A stretch of DNA of 63,830 nt, counting the filler, from Folioceros fuciformis (taxonomy: Eukaryota), in assembly GCA_049999805.1 (NCBI GenBank). It is 15 parts of 15 records of this genome, joined end to end, with 100 filler letters (N's around TTAATTAATTAA, not from the genome) between each part and the next. Parts side by side here need not be neighbours in the genome. Positions count along the whole stretch, not along the records: positions 51,275 to 60,034 come from JBNGIO010000241.1; positions 60,135 to 62,285 come from JBNGIO010000243.1; positions 62,386 to 63,830 come from JBNGIO010000245.1; 12 more parts are not named here. One strand, written 5' to 3'. The position numbers were made by a program, and so were the translations under genes. Under the pieces are notes generated by a model. That model searched no databases. It saw only the letters and a program-made list of their open reading frames with translations, and was not told where the DNA came from. Positions within the stretch are counted from its first letter, which is position 1. Each line of letters starts with the position of its first letter. Positions 58,836 through 63,830 of this stretch are shown piece by piece.

Positions 58836-61800
58836 GGACAAACCACAAGAGCATGACATGACAATTTAAATCCTATAGGCTCACTCTATCTTATAGGAGC
58901 CTCTCTCCCTCTTACCTCATCTCTCTCTAACAGGACATTTATTATTTTAATAAGTCAACTAGCCTACCCGGTTGTCACCAACCACTTATTTAGACTTTCC
59001 TAGCACGTTCTGCTGTCAAATATAATGAGCCAGCCCTACACCTTGCTAAACCTACCACCACAAGTACCTTCTACCTATTAAACTATTCCAAGACCTTGAA
59101 GGATGCATGATCTTCTCAGATCTTGTGGGCACCGCCTCTTTATTGTTGGATGGTTGCTTCCCAAGTCTTCCATTGCAGTTGTCCAAATGGTAGCTGAGTT
59201 TACCTTTGGGCCAATCACCTTCACCCCTACTGCCTCTCCCATAACGATTCCCATGGCAGCTGATGCATAGCCCCCATGGGAGGAGCATATGTCAATCTAT
59301 TAGTTTAGTCCTAAAATGGTGGTCTACGAGCCCACGAACAATAGGTCAAACCTACACGAGGTGGTTAGTAGCAAAACAAATACAACCAAAGAGATGGGTG
59401 AGGAGGTTGCAAGAGCTAAGCTCCCATTGGATTAGGTTAGAATACCCAACAGGCAAACAATCCACTTAGCTGGCCAGGAGAAGTGGTAGCCGATAGGTCA
59501 AAAACAACCCTCAGGGACGATGGATTATTGGACAGTCATGAGGTGGAGGTCCCTTAGTGTTAATGGAAGTAGTGAGAAAAGAAAGGAAAAAGGACAGGAG
59601 AGGAAGTTGTCAACGGCTAAAACCATGCCTGAAAACGACAGCTTGTTCTGTAGAAACCGTTCTTAGCCAATAGGCCTCCGACATCCACCAAGAATTGGCT
59701 CCGAGGTGCTGTGACAATTCTTAAACTATTAGGAAGATGATGTAGGTTAGGTTATATTTTCTGGAATTAACTCCAAGAAAATAGTAGGAAAAAGGAGAAT
59801 AGAGGAAAAAAGTAAGGGGAATGGGAAAGGGGGTAGGGAGACGGGATAGGAATGGGAAGGACAGGAAGTGCAGGGCAGCCGGGCATTAGGGTGGGCAATA
59901 CGGTTAGGCTGTAGGCAGTGCAGGCAGCACAATAGGCCACCAAGTACAGGGGTGAGCAAGTGATAAGGCGCGGGCGCGCGTCGGCCAGGGAGGGAGGTTA
60001 ATGTCGGGATAAGAGGGAGAGGAGGCAGGCTAGGNNNNNNNNNNNNNNNNNNNNNNNNNNNNNNNNNNNNNNNNNNNNTTAATTAATTAANNNNNNNNNN
60101 NNNNNNNNNNNNNNNNNNNNNNNNNNNNNNNNNNCCACCGGGGTAGTGGAGTCCACGACCGTCGTGGAGTAACGACCGAGATAGTCGAGAGCTGAGGTAG
60201 TAGAAGTACCCCTGGGGTAGTTGAAAATCCGGTAGTTGAAGAGACCCCTCCGGTAGCCGAGTGAGTCTATAAGGTAGTTGAGAGTCGTGGTAGTTGAGCC
60301 GCAACGGAGATAGCGGTAGTTGAACGGCAGGTAAAAGAGCAAAAGGTAGATAAAGTCTGACCTTGGGTAGTAACTGAATTTGTGGGAAAACCTGTGTTAT
60401 TTAGCACAAATTATTCCTTTGGAATCGAATCCCTGAGCTATAACGACAAAGAGGGTTTGTGTGGACCTTGCAGCACCTCCGGGTGCGATATTTTCCCCCA
60501 TACAACCATAGATAGCTTAACCTGTGTGTTAGGTTTAACTAAATCATTTATTCTTAACAGAGGCCAAAGCATGTAGTTCGTTGAATCTACACTTTTGCAA
60601 GTTCATAGAAGTGCTCCTTGGCCTTAGGCTTGAGACTAGTAGGCCAAGTTGAACCATGGAGGCCACACAAGCTAGGCCAGAAACAAGAAGGCTTGCCTTT
60701 CCATACCAAGCGAAGTAACCTAATGAGAGGTCTTACAAGGTTGGGCCATGCGTCGATAAGTTGGTCTGATGTATCACCATTGACAAAGGCCTTAACCACC
60801 AAACCTGCTATAACAGGTAGGGAGGGAGGGGTAGGGATGTGAGCTACTAAGTGCTTCATGAAGAATTGAAAATGTATCAAGCTATGTTGTAATTTCTTTC
60901 AAATGATCCTTATGTAATAGGCGATCACTGGACCATTAAACATGTTGTCCCTTATAATTAAGATGACCTCTTAATCATGTACCATGATGTACCTTACAAG
61001 ATCAAATTGACTCAAGACCATTTGGCATATTATATTGTGTCTAGTGACCTAGAAATTTGGCTCATCCGGTGCCTAAGTGCTACTAGCAAAAGTGATTGGG
61101 ACATTCCAGTGCTATGTTATACAATGCACCTTTTCAAATAATATGCTTGGAGCATGAAATCCCTTTTATGAGCAATACACATAGGCACCCAGTGTGGGCA
61201 CAACATGAGCAACCCCAAACACTTGGACATCCAGTTTTTCCTCTACCCCAAAACCAAAAATTTGGTGCATGGGCCCATCGAAACGCATAGGTTGCTCATG
61301 CACTAGCCATTTTGGTCAAATGTTAAATGCATGGACGCACTCAAGCGAAAAACAAACCAACTTAGCGGGAATACGAGAAAGGTGCAAGGGGCTAAATAAT
61401 GAAGGACTCTTGTACATGCCGTGAAGTCTGATGTCCTAGATCTTAACCATTCCCGAATGAGCAAAATAGCATTTTGTGCAAAGGATCACCACCTTTTGCA
61501 CACCAACCTTTCTCAGTTTTCCAATATTAAATCACGCCTACACACCGACTAATGGTCAGGGCGCCGGTTGACCGACACCCTTGACTCCTTAATTGTTCAG
61601 TACTTGCATCTACGCTGGCCCCAATCGACACGAAAACACTTAAACTCCAAAACTCTAAGGACCCTCATTCGCAGACACGGAGTCATACACTATAGCAACT
61701 CCTGCAAGCCTTTGTTGTCGTCTGTGTCAAAGTTTTCAATCTCTTCCAACTCCTTATCCACACAATCACGTCTTCCTTAGCCTCTTCGGGAGCTGGCAGT

Positions 61801-62602
61801 GCTGGCCAAACCGCCTCTAGCGTCGTAAAACCTGCTTCACCGGACGTACTGACAAGGCGTTGAGTGCTTCGTCGGTTGAAAGGCACAACTTGGGCTTTCA
61901 AGCTGTTCGTATTGCTAATGCAATCTTCCCTCGCCCAAAATTGTGACGGGCCCTTGCGATGCTGTGGACGAAAAAATGTTTAGAAATCCCCTCGCCAAGT
62001 GCGAGACTTGGTGTTTCTTTTGTTTCTTGGTAAGATGGATGCGAAAGCGGCTTAAGTTGGGAATAGGCCAGGGTATTTATGCTCAAGACCTCCTTGGGTC
62101 TCGAAGTTTTAAGGTAAGTATAGGAATGACCAATAACTGGTATGTGGATCAGGTTGGGGAGGGTGCTACTTGGTCCTTGGGTCTTGATGCTTGAATAAGC
62201 TCTAGGAAGCCTATATAAGGACCCCCCGCCCCCCCCTACATTTATAGAATAAGAAGCAATCGGCTGGGGAGGAAGAGTTGTGGACNNNNNNNNNNNNNNN
62301 NNNNNNNNNNNNNNNNNNNNNNNNNNNNNTTAATTAATTAANNNNNNNNNNNNNNNNNNNNNNNNNNNNNNNNNNNNNNNNNNNNCTAATATTCTGTAAT
62401 TAGGGTTTATTAAGATAACCCTATTTTAACACACACAAGGTGCGTTCGCGCACTCGCAATAAAAAAAATCGTCTCACATGCAAGGTGGTCAGCCATTGCG
62501 GATCCGGCCACACGAATCTTGGTAGTCTTGGGATCCTCCACGTTCCCCTAGTGGCAAGGGAAATCATGACCTTGGTTTAGTCTCCACCAGCTCAGCGCCC
62601 TA

Positions 62603-63126
62603 AGCCAGGAGTTCTGCACCCAAGGTCTAGGGAAATCGCGCCGTAGACAGCCCCCTCCTCAATGGCAGGTCTAGCCTCTTATACTACCTTGGCCCAAACC
62701 TCCATCTCTATCTATTAGGGTTAGCCTCAGTCAACCACCCAGCAATCTCTCTCTGACCTAAGCCGCCCCTAATTCTGACCTAAACCTAACTCTGACCTAA
62801 CCCTAACTTTGACCCAAACCTAGTTCTGACCTGATAGGGGTTGTGTCCCATGGACACCACTCGGTGCCCTTACCAAAATTGACCAACCTCTCAAGACTAC
62901 CAAAATGGTCAGTGCCTCTCAACCCTCTCCCTCCTCTCTCAAATCATTCCATCCCTTCTCTCAGATCATTCCAGCAACCTTTCAAAGACACGTCTCGCCT
63001 CACCATTAATCTAGCTACTAATCTAACCTAATCTTTTAACCATTTCACCACAGGGTTCACTTAAAGATTCCCAAAAAGAGAAATCCTACCATTTTCCAAG
63101 GACCTATTCAACATGTGGAGTCCACA
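62603..63126 (-). repeat. LTR, same family as 50651-51174; likely a 3' LTR
   Basis: Reverse-complement match; PPT-like AAGAGTGGGAG (63127-63137) precedes TG on minus. Confidence 0.85.
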
Positions 63127-63139
63127 CTCCCACTCTTGG

Positions 63140-63830
63140 TGTAAGCATACCTAAGAGTGTCCCTGTGCTGTGATATGTGCAGATTTGCCATAGCTGTTGG
63201 GGAATTAAACACAACACGAGTCTTACTCAAGATAGGTAGCTTGAGGGTTAACCTATCTAACTCAAAAGACACATACAATTTGTGTATAAAAGGACATCTG
63301 TTCATTTTTATATATTAGATTACTTTTACAAGTCTTTCTTCTAGTCTTAGATGCTCTAGTCAAGTAGAAGATATAATTCTCATGGTATCAGAGCCATCGA
63401 TGGTCTGAGTCCTCCGCTGTATTTACTAATTAATGTGTCTAGTCTAGGATCTCAATAGTCATAGACGATAGTTGCATCAATTTCTGGCCCTAGTGCTTAA
63501 AATGCCTAGAAGGGGTGATAGGCGTAGCAATAGGCTCATTCCTACACCTCCTAGGGCTGCCAGGGCCGATTATATTCTAAGGCAACACAATAATTTGGAT
63601 CCTGAGGTTTGGATTCAAGACAGTGAGAGACAGAATGGAGTGAGAGAACGTTTTGTCTCTCCTCATTCGTATTACAGTCGTGTGTTCGCAAGACGTCTTG
63701 AGATTGAGAGGAGGAACCTTCTGCAGTCAAGGATTAATAGAGACAATCGGTCAGAAAGAGTTGACAAATACATATTTGATCAGTTGGACTCTACAAGACG
63801 TTCTTTTGCAGATAAGAGATTCTCTTCCAA
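63140..63830 (+). mobile_element. 5' end of another LTR retrotransposon: LTR 63140-63382, PBS 63383-63394
   Basis: TG...CA segment with TATA (GTATAAAAG) immediately followed by TGGTATCAGAGC. Confidence 0.7.

Noticed and set aside
61140-61270. CSC...CSKHII on minus, resembling a SWIM zinc finger
   Set aside because: Spacing is imperfect, stops surround it and no transposase core is visible.

Overview
Eukaryotic land-plant nuclear DNA, most likely a hornwort (Anthoceros-like), inferred from WW-type PLS-PPR editing factors. It consists of 15 contigs joined by 14 identical artificial 100-bp spacers (44N-TTAATTAATTAA-44N), so adjacency across spacers is not guaranteed. Contig 1 (1-13878) is genic: a tandem minus-strand cluster of PLS-class PPR genes (one intact gene ending just after the WW box without a DYW domain, one frameshifted paralog, one eroded fragment) and a 4-exon COQ10 gene. 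The rest is mostly nested retrotransposons (at least 7 Ty1/copia pieces, a chromovirus-type Ty3/gypsy pol, a large gypsy accessory ORF, two L1-type LINE fragments, LTRs and minisatellites), plus the 3' exons of a receptor-like kinase. The most unusual signal is Ty1/copia elements with accessory ORFs: a 235-aa sense ORF behind a ~260-nt hairpin upstream of gag, and antisense ORFs between pol and the 3' LTR that share a short motif across two divergent copia families. All homology calls were made by eye from motifs; no searches were run.
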